Notes: generated from the letters alone by a model not told the origin. Shown: positions 27,741 to 42,169, numbered from the stretch's first letter. The stretch is 64,000 nucleotides of DNA from Paraspadella gotoi (GCA_051294375.1 CM119266.1:10803700-10867699); one strand, 5' to 3'. Numbers and translations are program-made.

Positions 27741-28435
27741 TTTTCTTTTTTTTCTCGTCGGAAAGAATCCGAAGAGTTTATTTTTTTGGGGGGAAGGGAG
27801 GGGGGGAACTTTGAGACAATTGAGGGATTCCATCCGCTTTTCATTATTAGATTTAGATCCCATTTAATTTTGATTTTTAATCTTTTTTTCTATTAGATTT
27901 GAACTCAAAACTTCATGTCAATATTATTCATTTTGATGTCATCTTGGTTTCTTATGCATTTCGTCCATCTTGATCATGATTCTAGGGTCAATAATTTTTT
28001 TGGATCCCAATTTCACTAAGCGGTGGAACCTCTTTTAAATATCTAGTATATTATGGGGTGATATTGACCGTACGCATTGGGTGTTTCAAAGTAATAACAG
28101 TAATCGATGCTGTAAACTGCAAATGAATTTGTCGAAGTAGCAAACAGCTGCAGAGGCGCAGCCTGACGGCCCACCAGCGACAGCCCGCAGCGACGAACCG
28201 CCAGCCAAGCGCACGACCGATTTAATTTTCTCTTCCGCTTTTTTGCATTTTACTTTTTTTTAATTTTCAGTTTCACTTTTCTTCCATAATCGTTTCCAAT
28301 TTTTCTTTTTTTTTCGGAAATTTTAAAAAAGTCACTGGGTTTTTCATGTCGTTTTTGAAATCGGAATCCGTCTCACATCTCTGCGTTCTCTCTCTATTCT
28401 CTCTCTCTCTCTCTTCTTCTCTCTCTCTCTTCTCT

Positions 28436-28479
<44 letters not shown>

Positions 28480-29282
28480 GACCCCCTTAAACACCCCCGC
28501 CTTGGACGAACCGCAGGTGCTCGCGAGGGGACTTAACTTCTCATACGAAAATGGGGAGAAAATGTTTCGAGGAAAATCGTCATCTCGAGAAAGAAATCGA
28601 GGGGAGGGGCGAGGGCGGGGCGAGGGTGAGTGTGAGGGAGGTGAGTTGGGGTTAGGGTTGAAGCTGAAATGTCAGGAGCGATGGTTNNNNNNNNNNNNNN
28701 NNNNNNNNNNNNNNNNNNNNNNNAAAGAAAGTCGTCGGTTGACCTGACCAGATGAGATTCAAACTCAGCATTTCCGCTTCAGGAGAAAAGAGGGAGAAAG
28801 AAAAGGAAAAAAAAAGGAAGAAAAAAAGAAGGAAATGACGGGAAGAAACGGAGAATTCCAAATAGTCGCTCTCGACCTCAAGCAGTGTTGTTTCTNNNNN
28901 NNNNNNNNNNNNNNNNNNNNGTTCTCTTCTCTCTCTCTCATTCCTCCCTCCTCTCATCCTCTCTCCGGCTCTCTCTCTCTCTCTTCCCTCCCTTTTCCTT
29001 TCTTCCTTATATCTTTCCAAACCGGTATTTCGTTCGAGTTTCTCGCGCCATTTCTCCGTCTCTCTCTGCTGTCTTTCTTCTTCCCCCACCACGCGCCGCC
29101 GCCGCAGCCGCCGCCGCCGCCGCAGTGCGCCGATCCGATTATCCGCCTCCGATGAAGCGAGGAACTGTCTTTTTATTAACACGTCCATCTTCAATCGATT
29201 TTATTTCGCATTTCCATTCCGTTCAATTCATGACGTTTTTGCCGTCCGTCGATCACGGTAAAGAGAGAAGAATTGCATGTGT

Positions 29283-29320
<38 letters not shown>

Positions 29321-30214
29321 GAGAGAGAGAGAGAGAGCAGAGAGAGAGAGAATGGGAAGAAAAAACGGCATCCATGTTGCCCATTCTTCTTATTGAGTTT
29401 TTCACTACTCCGACGATGCGGCCTCGTCACCCGAAGTTTTTATTTTTCTCATCTACTCCCCTCTCACGACATAAACCTGATTTCTGTTGCTCTCATCTCT
29501 GCTCCTCTCTCTCGTTCTCTCTCTCTCTCTCCTACTCTTCCTCTGCCCTCTCTCTCTGCCTAAATTGCGACAAGAAGATTCCTCCGGTGCCGTGATCTGC
29601 CTCAGCCTTCCGCCGTCATCGCGTTTGTCATGAGACAAATTAAAGGAAATGAAAAAAAAGAAAGAAAAAAAAAAAGAAAAAAAAAAGAGTGAAGAACATT
29701 TAATCAGCGTCGAGAGACGAAAGACCTTTTGGCGCGATTCACCTTCCTTTCCTCTTTCTTTTCTTTTCTCCTTTTTTTTTCTCGTTCCTCTCTTTTTTCC
29801 TTCCTTTCTTTTTCTCATTCCTTAATGTTTTTTTTTCTATTATTTTTCTCTTTTTTACTTTATCTTTGTTTCTCCCTTACTTTTTTTTTATTCTTTTTTT
29901 TCTCTTTCCTTTGTTCCCTTCTCCTCCTATTTTTTTTCTCTCTCTCACACGATTACTTTCTCACTTTTTACAGACCCTCACATCTTTTTTCCTTCTCCAT
30001 CCTCAACCGCAATTCGCCATCAACAACTTCGGATGTCCACCTGTCAACGAACTTTCTAACGACATCAACGACGATGGCGACGGCAGAAATCATTGTCGCT
30101 CGCCTTTTGGCTTCCGACGATGAAAAGGCGTTAATGAAGGGCGCCGATCGAAATGACGCCGATGAATCAACGCCCGACAAAAGGACGCCAACGAGATCGG
30201 CGTCGAGCGACGTC

Positions 30215-30345
30215 GCAGCCAATCGACGCCAATTAACCGTCGAACCGACCAATCAGATTACGAATTTAATCGCAAGTTAAACTTGCTACACCAATTAAAC
30301 GACGTCATTCGTTTAGGCGCCAAGCTTCGCGTCGCCAATCAAGCA
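30215..30345 (+). promoter_or_regulatory. Cluster of five CCAAT boxes with a GACGTCA (CRE-like) motif; possible promoter or enhancer
   Basis: ccaat at ~30219, 30229, 30249, 30291 and 30335; gacgtca at 30301. Retained in the duplicate at ~60410-60545. Motif content only, no functional evidence. Confidence 0.25.
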
Positions 30346-31513
30346 ACGTCAATCAAACGACGCCAAGCAAACGCAAGCACGACTAACGATAAATTAGTAG
30401 ACGTCGTGGGCGAACGGGGAATGCGAGATAATTTATTTTTAAGTAATCTCCGACTCTCTCTCTCTCTCTCTCTCTGCCGCTCTAGTTCTTCCCTCCTGGT
30501 GTCCGACATCTAAGCATCTGCCCGCTCTCCATCCTGTCGAGTCGACGTGCTTTCTCACTCTCTCGTGAAGGATCATAGAGGTGTTTTAGCTCGGGGGGTA
30601 TAAACATCGTAGGATCCATTACCCTAATCTACTCAACTCAGCAAAAAGCTCTCTTTCTTTCTTCTTCTGCAAAAATTAAGAGGCCTGGCCCCCGCCACAC
30701 ACCAGCGACGCCAGCAACTCGTCCCTCCGACCGCATCCCGCCCAAGCTAGTTCTGTCCGTCTCTCAGCGCTCCTCCACGCCAGTGCATCGGTCGGCTTCT
30801 TCGTTCCGAGGCGCTTCCTCCACCTTAGTCTCTCCCCGGTCGGAAGTCTTTTTCGGTTTTTTTCTTTTTTTTGTTTTTCCGCCTCTTGCAGACGGGCGCC
30901 TGGTGGTCTTATGAAGAATATGTACGAGCAATCCCTCTATGGATTTCCTTCAGCAGAGAGAGAATATTGAGAGAAGACGAGAGAGAGAGGATGCAGTGGC
31001 GGAGAGAGGAAGCAGAGATCAGGAGCGTACATGAAGATGTCGGTTGAAGCGAGCAGGGAGAGAGCAGGGAGAGACGGGCGGCGGGGAGAAGAGGGAGGTT
31101 CCACGTCGTCCTCTGCGGTGGAAGATTCTTTTAAATTCTCATATGAAAGGTTTATCCCTCGATTCCTCGTTCGCTCATCTGGCCCCGACGTTCTAAAGCT
31201 AATTATTTTCGGTTAGTCCGTGCTTGCCGTTTTGCGATTTGGCGTCGTTGTATTTGACGTGTTGCTCGCACTATGATTGGGCGGGGGCGACGGAGTTTGA
31301 GGAAGCTTGGGCGCTTTCGCTAAACGAATGACGTCGATTTAATAATCTTATGTTTGTTTGCTTATTGTTTATTGGCTGGGGTTGTAGCAGTTTAACAAAT
31401 CACGTTGCGATTCAAAATTTTCGTATCCGTAATCCCCCTCCCTTTCTGGATTTGGTTCGCTTGCGTTCGAAACCGCGGGGTTAATTGGCTGTACAATTTG
31501 ATTGGCGTGGACG
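30215..31513. repeat. Noisy fold-back: ~31150-31513 is an insertion-riddled reverse complement of ~30215-30430
   Basis: cgacgtcattcgttta (30300) vs taaacgaatgacgtcg (31321). ttaaacttgctaca vs tgtagcagtttaa (31383). gccaattaacc vs ggttaattggc (31479). Ends at a 25-N gap. Confidence 0.8.
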
Positions 31514-31538
31514 NNNNNNNNNNNNNNNNNNNNNNNNN

Positions 31539-31870
31539 GAGGAGCTTAAGGAGAAGCGGGAGGAGGAAGCTAAAATAGATTGGGAGTGGAGTAAAAAGGA
31601 GAAGGGTGGAGGAGTAAAAGGAGAAGGGGCGGAAGAGCTAACAAGGGAGAAAGAGTAGGAGTTCAAAAGGAGATTGGTGCGGAGGAGCTAAAAAGGAGAA
31701 GGGGTGTAGGAGCTAAATGGAGAAGGGGCGTAGGGCTAAAAAGGAGATTGGGAGTAGAGTCAAAGGAGATGGGGCGGTGAGTTAAAATTGAGGACGGGGT
31801 GGAGGAAATGAAATGGAGTTGGGCGGAAGAGTTAAAAGATGGGGCTGGAGAATTAAAAGATTTTGGGCAG
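31539..31870 (+). repeat. Degenerate ~22-24 bp purine-rich minisatellite (ggagctaaaaggagaaggggcgga-like)
   Basis: About a dozen recognisable units that decay toward the 3' side. Confidence 0.75.
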
Positions 31871-32720
31871 TTAGTGTTAGAAACGTTATGGAGTAAAAAA
31901 TAAAAGGGGCAAAGGAGTTTGAAAATTATAAAATGGTTTTCTCGGAAGATTGATTTTTAGAGGAGGGTTACAGGGTAGAGTCGTCAAAATAATAGGCAAA
32001 GATTAAAAGTGGAATCGGGGAATGTTTAAGATATTGCATGCATACATATCGTAGCACCCTTCTCTTCAAGGATTTAACGCCAGCTGGTTGCAAATTGTAT
32101 AAATTAGCTTTCATCTTTTGCTTCATTCGGTAATTATTGTCAAATTTATTGAATAAATATTCTGGATATTATTCCTATTTCTGTCATCATAATAAAAAGT
32201 AATAATGCTGGGTCTCGCATGAGCTGCCTCCCAGCAATATCTTTTGATCGCTTGAAATTTTCCTTCTCTGCGGCAAATATTCTTTCAACAGAAATGTATT
32301 AACTTAAGTTGACGACGTTTCTCATCATCGGAAATGTTTTCTTGCTCACATTAAAAATCATTTTCTATTTTTTGGCAAGAAAGTATAATTATTTACTAAA
32401 TACTCAGTAATATATTTTTCGTCGCGCTGTTTGTCTGTGAATAATTTCTTTATCTTTAAAAAAATTAAACTACTATAATAATGAAATTAATATTAAAATA
32501 ATTTTGTTCATTTTTTTTTGTTGAAAAGTTTTATGAGCTGATAATAAATTGGATATGTTACACATAGTTTACAATTTTTTATAGTTCTCAACCTTAGAGC
32601 GCGGCGAAAAACGTTTCTTTGCTACTTAACAAAAAATAATACCTTTTCCCCTGCTCCCCCCTTTCCACCCCGCTCATCGATTTGGAAACGTTTTTATCGC
32701 CGCAGAGAAGATGCGGATTA

Positions 32721-32811
<91 letters not shown>

Positions 32812-33372
32812 CTTTCTTTCTCTCTCTCTCTCTCTTCTCTCTTCTCTTCTTTCTCTCTCTCTCCTCTCTCTCTCTCTTCTCTCTCTCTTTTCTTATTAGT
32901 AAAACGATTCTTTCTAAACGATTTAATAGGTGGATGCCTCTCTCGTTGCGGGATCCGTTATCAACAATTCCCCCGGACGATCCGGCTCCGGGAGAAATTC
33001 AACCATGTATCGCTTAATTCCGTTGAACCATATAATTGAGAAAGATCCTTTTCTCTCTCTCTCTCGTTCCTTTTACTCGTGGCTCCCTCTCTCTCTTCTT
33101 ATCGTTGTTCTCTTTTCTAAACCGCAGCCATTTTCTTTTCTCCCTTCTTCCGTCTACGTCTTTTTTTTCTTTCCTTTTTTCCTCCTTTTTTTTCTTTTTT
33201 CTTCTTTCGAGTGGAGAAAAAAAAAAGAAACTAATTTTCGATTCGAACGCTTAAATTTCCTTTCCGGTGAAAGAGCTTGATGCATTGTTTTGGATTTGGC
33301 CAATTTATTCCGCTTGAGTTGATCGGAGAAAGAGGGAGAGGAGAGAGGAGAGAGAGAGGAGAGAGAGGAGGA

Positions 33373-33405
<33 letters not shown>

Positions 33406-36400
33406 GAGAGACGAGAGGATGAGATACATTTGTCTTTTTTTCCTTCTTAGTTTACATCGGTTCTCCCCACGCAACGCGAAAAGTCCGTCCGTCCTTGATC
33501 AGTTAAATTTTCACGAAAAGTGAGTAGATTAATGATAAACATACATTAAACTGGGCCACAAATTTCTTATTTTCTTTATAATAAATTTATTACGTAATTT
33601 TTTATTTTGACGCATATTAAATTTAAGCTGTTGCCTATTTCCTTTTTAGGTTGTTTTGTGGCGTCTGGATTTGAAATCTCACAAGAAAAGATACAGATTT
33701 TCATATCGACAATTTAGTAACAATTTCTGGCTTATCAATCACAACGCAAAATTTTTCTTTGGCAAAAAAACACAAAAAACTAAGTAAACGAAAGACGCAA
33801 TATGAGCAACATTAGGGCGACGGCAAAAAAAGAGAAAATAGCGGATATTAAAAACAGGACCAAGTCCAAGGAAGAGAATTTAGATCCAGTTCCCTCTCTG
33901 GAAAAGAATGAAGAAAGTTAAGCAACCGAGTCAAGTTGAAAAAAAAGGGAAATTTTCTCGAATATTATTGTTTGACGAAAGTTTTCATCATTTGCTCTCG
34001 GCTCGGGTCTTTCGTTATTTTTTGAAGCGACGTAAAATAAACTATTATTTTTTTTTTTTTTTTTTTGAGGAACGATTTCCGTGATTAAATTGTTGTAAGT
34101 ATGCTTTAAATTGAATTGTCCGCTACGTTGAAAAACAAAAAAACAAAACGTTTAAACAAATTAAACTTATAAAACGGCTCCATTCACATTTTCGCACGAA
34201 AACCCTCGTGAATTTATTGTGATTGCATCCTGTGTGGGCAATTTGTTTCGAAGCACCTTCTATTCTTTAAACTTTGTTATGCCTCGATGTTCTCTTCTCT
34301 CTATCCTTACCCCAACCCTCTCCTCTTTGCCCAACCCGATTTTTCTTGCTTCCACTTCTCGACCCCTTACCCCCCCCCTTCCCTCCCAAAACCCACCCCT
34401 TCCCACCCAACCACCCCAGCCCCATTCGCTCCAGCTCTCATCTTTTTCGATGGTTTTGAACTAAAAACTGAACGTGGTTTTCCGCTTGAGCCTCAAAATA
34501 ACAACAACAACAACAACAACAACAGAATCATTCAAAAAATATCCGATTGGGAAACGCGGACGAATTATCTGTCAGTCCCGAAAATGTTGGTCTTTTCCAA
34601 ATCGATCCCTGACCCGGACCCTCCCCTACACAACGCGACCTTACCTTAACTGACCTTGCTTGACCTAACTTCCCCTTTTTAACAAAAAAAAAGGGTTTGT
34701 GATTGTGAAGAAATCCTGTTCATGTTCAATGCCGACAAGTAAAAAACTAATAACACCCAGATTTAAAACGTTGAAAAACGGACCATTCACGTATAAAGAG
34801 GCGTCTTTAACGAAGAAACCGGCCTAGCGTACCACCGAGATTTAAATCGAAAAAGAAGGAAAAAGAAAACGATTTAACCTAATTTTGGATCGATGAATCA
34901 CTCGTTTTACTCGAGAACCGAAAACAAGTTTAATCCCACTTACTGCACATTACTTTTTTTTTCTCTCTCTCTCTCTTTAAAATTTCATTTAAAAAAAAAA
35001 CGGGAAAAAAATACTCCCAAAAAATCCGTTTTGTTTGAAGAGAAAGGATTTTTCGCGGCAACGGTTTTTTTTTTAAATATTTAAAAACGACGTTTGTCCG
35101 CGAAAGAATTCTTCTTTTCTCCGAGCACGTTAGTGCTTGCAAACAATAATAAAATAACAACCAACAAGTACTATTTAATAAGGAAAAGTAGATTTTAGGC
35201 AACTTTGTTTCTCCAATACGCCGAATCGTTGCCTTTTTATTCCCTCACGCCGAACTGTAAACAGCTCGGGAATTTATTTCTTCTTTTTTTTTTATGTTTT
35301 TCTTTTTTCTCTTTTTATAAATTCTTCCCAGTTTTCTTGGAATATAAAATTCGGTTCATGAGCCTTCGTTTAAGCGGATGGAGGCGCGTCAGCGGGAAGA
35401 AACACCGGGTCGGGCAATATTGAAAAGCAAACTTTGGATTTTCGTTGGAAAACGGAATTTTAAATAAGTGTATTTTTGGTGGCTTGATATTGTGCGACCG
35501 GGAAAAAAAAAACTAATCTGAGTAGTTAAATATAAATACGGTTTTTGATATTGTTAATGAATTGTTTACGTAAGTTTATATCTTGAGTGGTCAGGATGTT
35601 TTAATGTTTTTTGTGTTTTATTTTTTAGTTTTTTTTTTTTTTTTTTTTTTGGTGAGAGAGCGAACGGGCTGTTGAAAGATCTCCAGCGCCCGCGTGAACC
35701 ATTTCCGACATAAGGGAGAACCAAACCCGAGTTTCCAACATGTGGCTTGGTCTGTAGTAACTTTCTGCGCGATTATTAAAATTTAAAAAAAAAAAAGAAA
35801 ATTGTCTGGGGGGAAATGGCTTCATTCGAGCTGAAAAAAAAATATCTGGAAAGTACAACGTAAGTCATGACTCAACTTTTCCTCCCGTCATAAATTTTAG
35901 TCAATTACAAAAAATTATTTTTAGTCATTACAATTTTTTTAGGAGCGCCCGTGACGATGGGATTATAGCAAAGGGATGATTGTTGAATTAATCATATCCC
36001 CGAAAAGGTGATAAATACACAGTATTTCGCCATTTTATTTTGATTAAAAAGAATTTCAGTTTAGCATAATCACTTTCCATTGAGTATTTTGATAAGGCGT
36101 TTCAATCCGAATGAAAAGTGATTATAGCAAGTTTTCTTTGTGTCAACTTACTTTTTTTTAACAGTAGTGATAATTCGTTTAATTTTTTTTAAGACTGCTT
36201 GAATATACCTTTTCACTCAGGCATGACTTTATTTACTTGTTTTATCTTCGCATCTATTTTATCGGCCTTTGTTACATTCCTTGAATAATTTTGGCCGAAG
36301 TTTAAAGAATAAACTATACCTTAACATTAACTTTGAATTCGAATTCAATTTGTGTGTGTAGTCGAGTTAGTCATGAAAACTCAATCTTTTTTTGATATTC

Positions 36401-38309
36401 TGCAAAACTCTGAACTCTTGACCATATAGGAAACAAAGTTAGTATAATTTTTTTAGTGGTAAATAGGAATTTATATGAAGTATTAAACGTTACACGAAAA
36501 ACGCTAAAGATCGGTCATAAAATAATATAGAAAAGTTTAGACAAATCTTAATCAAAACACTCCAACATGCTTTAAAGAGTTTTTTGGTGTCATAATGACA
36601 ATTAACGGTGGGTATTTAAATTTTTCTAAAACTTAAAATGATTAACATCGACTCATTTTGTAAATTATTACGAGGAATCCCTCACAAAAATTTAATTTCC
36701 ATGGTCTTTTGTTTTTGTTATTACGGCTGGCTTTTAGACGGCCTTGAAGCTATTCGATGAGCTCGCATCCCTTTTGTTTCCCTTTTTCCCGCCAATTCTG
36801 TCTTTGATTAATGTTAAAGCTTTATTGGCTAATATTCTCAATCTCTGAATACACTTTCGCGAACTACTTGGGATTCTAATTCGTTTTAGATTTTAAACCG
36901 CTTTAATCTTAAGATTATTTGTTGTTCTTTTTTCTAATAGTGAAGCTCTATACTCATTTCAGTATCATCTCATCTAATTCGAATCTTCGTGAGCTTTTCT
37001 GCTTCTTTCACCAATTTGGTCCTCTGACGTCATTCTCGTCAATTTACTACCAAAATACCTGACGTCTCTCATTCTCCTGTCTACATACTGAGAGCCTCGA
37101 TTCTGTGCCTCTCTCTCTCTGCTCTGCAAATGAATCATTGACTCAGAGAGAATTTTTCGCGCCCTTTTCAGTGTTACATTTTTTCCTTACAACATTAAGA
37201 AGGTCGACAGCGCAATTTCCGCTCGCTTAAATTCAGATTAACTTGTAAGGTCTCTATACATGGCAGAAAGTATGCGAGAGGTATAGAGTGGCGTGTGAGA
37301 GAGATTGCCGAAGAGGAGGGAGGGACGAGAGTTACGCCTCTCTTATCGCGAGCAGCTGTCGCGAAAACCGTGTCGTGAGTGCGTCTGAATAAACCATGTC
37401 ATGGTAAGTTAGCGCAGATAGAGAGGCGAAGATTGAAGAGAATGTGAGAGAAGAAGCGCGGAAACGAGAGAGTAGCGCAGCTGATGATCGAGAAGAGAAG
37501 TGAGAGGCGCGCACGAAGAGAACAATTCTAAGAGGGGTGTGACGTATGAGAAGCAGCACAATACCCATTCTCTCGTTTTTGTCAAGAAGTTGCATGATTG
37601 AATTAGTGAAAATAGCTCTTCTAGATACGAAGTGTGTCGGTCAAGATTAGAAACCAACGCGTCGGAGTAAAGGAGTGCTCAATTAATACAAGGCCAAAAT
37701 GGGATTTGATGCTGTGTTACCCTCCATGTCCCCCTTGCTCTCTCTCTCTCTCGCTCCTGCCTCATCTACCTCCCTCTCTCCTACTTCTCTCTCTCTCCTC
37801 TCTCTCTCCTCTCTCTCTCTACATCTGCCTCCTCCTGTATCATCCACACCAGACCATCTCCTCTCTCTTTTTTATCTGGAAACATTCGTTCCGTCGCACT
37901 GCTCGTCTCCTCCAACAAGCGTCCGCAAAGATGAGCTTGGACGATTGAACGAATGCATTAATTGCCGACATTCACCTAGCCTCTGTTTGTTTGAAGCTGC
38001 GAACGTGTTATACAGAGAAAGACTCTGTGGTGCTCGGCGGCCTCTAGCATAGATATGACTCGCTGAGGCGGATAATCGGTTTTCCGAGGTCCCGCGCACA
38101 GAATGCTCTGCTCGGCCGTGCCTGCGGCGGCGGCTCGGGCGGCTTTGCGGGCTGGCGGGGTGCGGAGTAAGAAGAGAGGAGAGGGGGGAGGGAGAGACGA
38201 TGGGGGGGAAAGACGAGAGAGAGACGGAGGAGATAGGCATGGAGCGAGAAACTCGAACGAAATCACGGTTTGGAAAAATAGAAGGAAAAGAAAGGAAAAG
38301 GGGGGAGAG

Positions 38310-38385
<76 letters not shown>

Positions 38386-41083
38386 GAGAAAATCCTTAGT
38401 TGAACTATTTCTCGAAGGCCGCTTTCATCTGAGTCACGCTCCTGGATTCGAGACGCTCTGGTCGCTGATTATATTGAACGGGGGCGATGAAAGCAAGGGA
38501 GAGGAGGAAGAGGAGGAGGGGGAGGAGGAATAGGAGGAGTGGGAGGAGGAGAGGATGGATCGATGAAGGAAGAGATTAGTTGGGGTTGAAGAAGCGAAGG
38601 ACGGAGGAAAAAAGAAAAAAAAAAGGAAAGAAGAAAAAGAAAGGGAAAGAATAAAAGAAAAGAAGAGAAGTTGAATCAAAGTTTGAATCGTTGAATCTAT
38701 TTTTAAGATTAATTTTCTATTTTTAGTGTTAATATCAATTGAATCGTTACTTGTAATGTCTTATATGCAACAGGGTTTAATCATAATGTCCATATTTGCT
38801 ATATTTCTGGCAAATGGCAAAATTCGGAAACAAAGCCCCAAAGCCTCTTCCGCTTTCCCGATCGAAAAGTGACGACTCGAAAAGTATCTTTGTCCCGAGG
38901 GCCAGTCGAAGGGATTCACTCTTTTCCGAATTTCCTGAGAAACGAGGAAGTTTCGTATCGAGGAAGAACGACTCAGATTCTATATTTTTTTTTTTATTAG
39001 GGCGAAAAGTAAAAGATGAGGAAAACTCTGGATTAAAAATTAGGGAAATGTCGGACAGATTACGTCTTTACGAGATGACTCTTTTGATATCAGTTTTTGG
39101 GAATTGCAATTAAGAATGGATGAGGAGAGAGAGATAAAGAGAGAGACGAGAGAGACGAGAGAGAGAGAGAGTACATTTTGGCATCGACAACAAAACTTTA
39201 TATTCACTTCCGTCGTCAAAGACGATAAAAAAACATTGCGCTTCCTCTTCCGTCTTTAATAGTTTTCTAAGGAAAATGAAAAGAAAATAAAATTTTTTAA
39301 AAAAAATGTTCATTAGGATGAGTCATCCATCGGGTATAAAAAAGATTAATCTGCGCCGACGATTAAGTCATTTCATTAGAACCTAGGTAAGGAGTAAGGA
39401 GGTGCGAGGAAGAGAGAGAGAGAGATGAAAAGAAATAAGGAAAAGAAATGAAAATAAAGGAAAGAAAAGGAAAAGGGGAAGTTTAAAAGGAAAAAAAAGG
39501 AAGGAGTTGAACGAAAAAAAAAAGATAAAGAGGTTTTTGAGGAGGAAAAATTCACCTTCGAGCGACTAACGACTTTTTCGGCGCCGAAGATTGCAAAAAA
39601 AATGTCTGGCGCCGTTTCCAGAGAGATGGCAAGATGGCAAGATGGCGTCTCTTGCTTGATGTGGACCTCATGCAGTGAGATATCGCTGTTTTTTTACTGA
39701 AATAAGAATATGGCGTATCTGGCGGTTCCTAATGGTCAGACTGCAGATTTAGTGAGTTTCCTTGTGATGCGATTGGGAAAATCAATATAAAATTATCTAT
39801 CCTTAAGTTATCTCGCCACTTCTTTTCATGTCACTGGTACAAAATTCGAAGAGCGGGCTATATTAATATCTATATTGATCGCCTGAAAAAACTGGCATGT
39901 CACGTAAAGACCCGGGTAATCTTTAATAGTAATTCACATCCTGTTTAATTAATTCAGGGCAGAGAAAAGTTGCGCAGGAAATAATACGATGCTTCATTCT
40001 GTCAATGAAAACGTATCTGTGGTGTAAAACGGGACGCTCACTCTCAGACTTTTAAAATTTTTAAGAATGGCGCCTTCAGCCCACTAATCAGATTCGAAAT
40101 TCGTTCGAGCCTCCACCCAATCAACGTCGAGATAGCGTCTAGACGACGTCGACGACAGACGACTTAAAAAACTAAACTCATCTAGAATTAATTTCCGAAA
40201 AAAATTTTATTTACTTTTTTTCTTCTATTTTGCCGGAAATGATGGAATCGCCTAGTTTCGTTCGGGCGCCATCCGCCGACGAATTCCTCCGGCTGCTGCC
40301 ATCTTTCTTATGTTTTTCTTTCTTTTTTAATGAAAGCGAAATTGAAGAAAAAAAAAGTATGATGGTTTAATTGAGACCTGAAAGGCAACGACTCGTCTTA
40401 TCAAAGAAAACGGCCGCCAATTTTTTTTTTTGTACATCGTGGATTAATTCGGAGAGTTTTCGGCGCCCAGAAGTTTATTATTAAAATGTTGATGTTTTTT
40501 AAAGAGATTTTTTTCTCTAGATTTATTAGTTTTCAAAGTTAATGGCGTTAGTGAAGTTTTAAAGGCCTAATTTCAAAATTTATCTCAAAAGATTCTACAC
40601 TCGAGTCGTCCTTGCCTCTCGTTTTATAAATGATTAAGTTAAGCGTATAATTTATTAACGCGAAAGAGCTCTTAATCGCAGGCAGTATAAAATATATATA
40701 AATATATTTAAATAGGTACCCCCGCTCGCCCCCTCGCTCAAGTTCCTTTCTTTCCCCATCGACGAGTTTATGAAAAAAAAAAACGCTTTGAAAGAGTCAT
40801 GAGTTTGGCGGGAAATCGGTTGCTACTATGTGAAGCATGCATCAGCGCCCTTGTAAGTGCTGCGGAATATTTTGCGTCTCCTTGGCAACGCGGAGACGAG
40901 AAAAATTATAAATAATAATAGATGAGCTCCTTCGAAAAAAATAATCATGTAGTTTTTGCGGATCTGCGAATCAGGAATCGGCGTTGGCTTTCTAGGTGTT
41001 TTCTCCCTCTCAGTTAATCAATTATAATTAACTGTTTTAAATAATTCTTTAAAATATATACTTCTTTTTTTTGTAATTTCTTC

Positions 41084-41255
41084 ACTTACCTGAGTAAGGC
41101 GAGGAATCCGAGTGGGAGCAAGAATTAAAAATGGGAAAGAAAGGGGAGAAAATAAGATTAACGGTTGAAAAAAAATAAAATTACATTAAACATCATACAT
41201 GAACAATTGAACATTGAATAAACGTATATTGTTTAAAATTCGTCGGAGATCAATT
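41084..41255 (-). promoter_or_regulatory. Candidate recursive splice site (3' splice site abutting a consensus 5' splice site)
   Basis: Minus strand: ...ttttctcccctttctttcccatttttaattcttgctcccactcggattcctcgccttactCAG|GTAAGT, junction at 41090/41089. No other AG for ~160 nt upstream. Confidence 0.45.
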
Positions 41256-42138
41256 CTTTCATTATAACAAAATTTCGACAAGGCGGGACCAATTAAGAAG
41301 AATCTCGACTAACCGNNNNNNNNNNNNNNNNNNNNNNNNNNNNNNNNNNNNNNNNNNNNNNNNNNNNNNNNNNNNNNNNNNNNNNNNNNNNNNNNNNNNN
41401 NNNNNNNNNNNNNNNNNNNNNNNNNNNNNNNNNNNNNNNNNNNNNNNNNNNNNNNNNNNNNNNNNNNNNNNNNNNNNNNNNNNNNNNNNNNNNNNNNNNN
41501 NNNNNNNNNNNNNNNNNNNNNNNNNNNNNNNNNNNNNNNNNNNNNNNNNNNNNNNNNNNNNTTTTTTTTCGCCGAGTCGATTATGTATCCCTACGAGCGC
41601 CCAACCGCCCCCCGCTCTCCCTTCTCCATCCCTCCCCTTCACCAATTCATTCCCTCCCTCCTGCTCCCCCATTTTTTTCCTTCGAGCGAAAAAGTAATTC
41701 GCGTCGTTAGTTAAATCGCGTTTCTTTTAAGTTCCCAACTTTTTTTTTGCTTCGCCTCGCCCTGTGTTTTGTTTTTGTGTGAGTTTTTGAGTGCGTTTGC
41801 GTGTGGGTGTGTGTTTTGTGTGTGGTTTTTTGCGACGTCTTTACTTTTATCTTTATCTTTATCTTTATTTAAAAAATTCATTTATTATTTGGTTTCATCG
41901 ATTCCTTAGTTTCTCTCCTGTTAATTTTATTTAATTTTCTTTCTTTCTTTTTTTTCTCTTTCTTTCTTTCTTTCTTTCTTTNNNNNNNNNNNNNNNNNNN
42001 NNNNNNNNNNNNNNNNNNNNNNNNNNNNNNNNNNNNNNNNNNNNNNNNNNNNNNNNNNNNNNNNNNNNNNNNNNNNNNNNNNNNNNNNNNNNNNNNNNNN
42101 NNNNNNNNNNNNTATTTAATTTATATTTATATTATTTT

Positions 42139-42169
<31 letters not shown>

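Noticed and set aside
35700-36900. DNA transposon or MITE in the AT-rich, microsatellite-free block
   Set aside because: I could not identify terminal inverted repeats, a target-site duplication or transposase motifs by eye.
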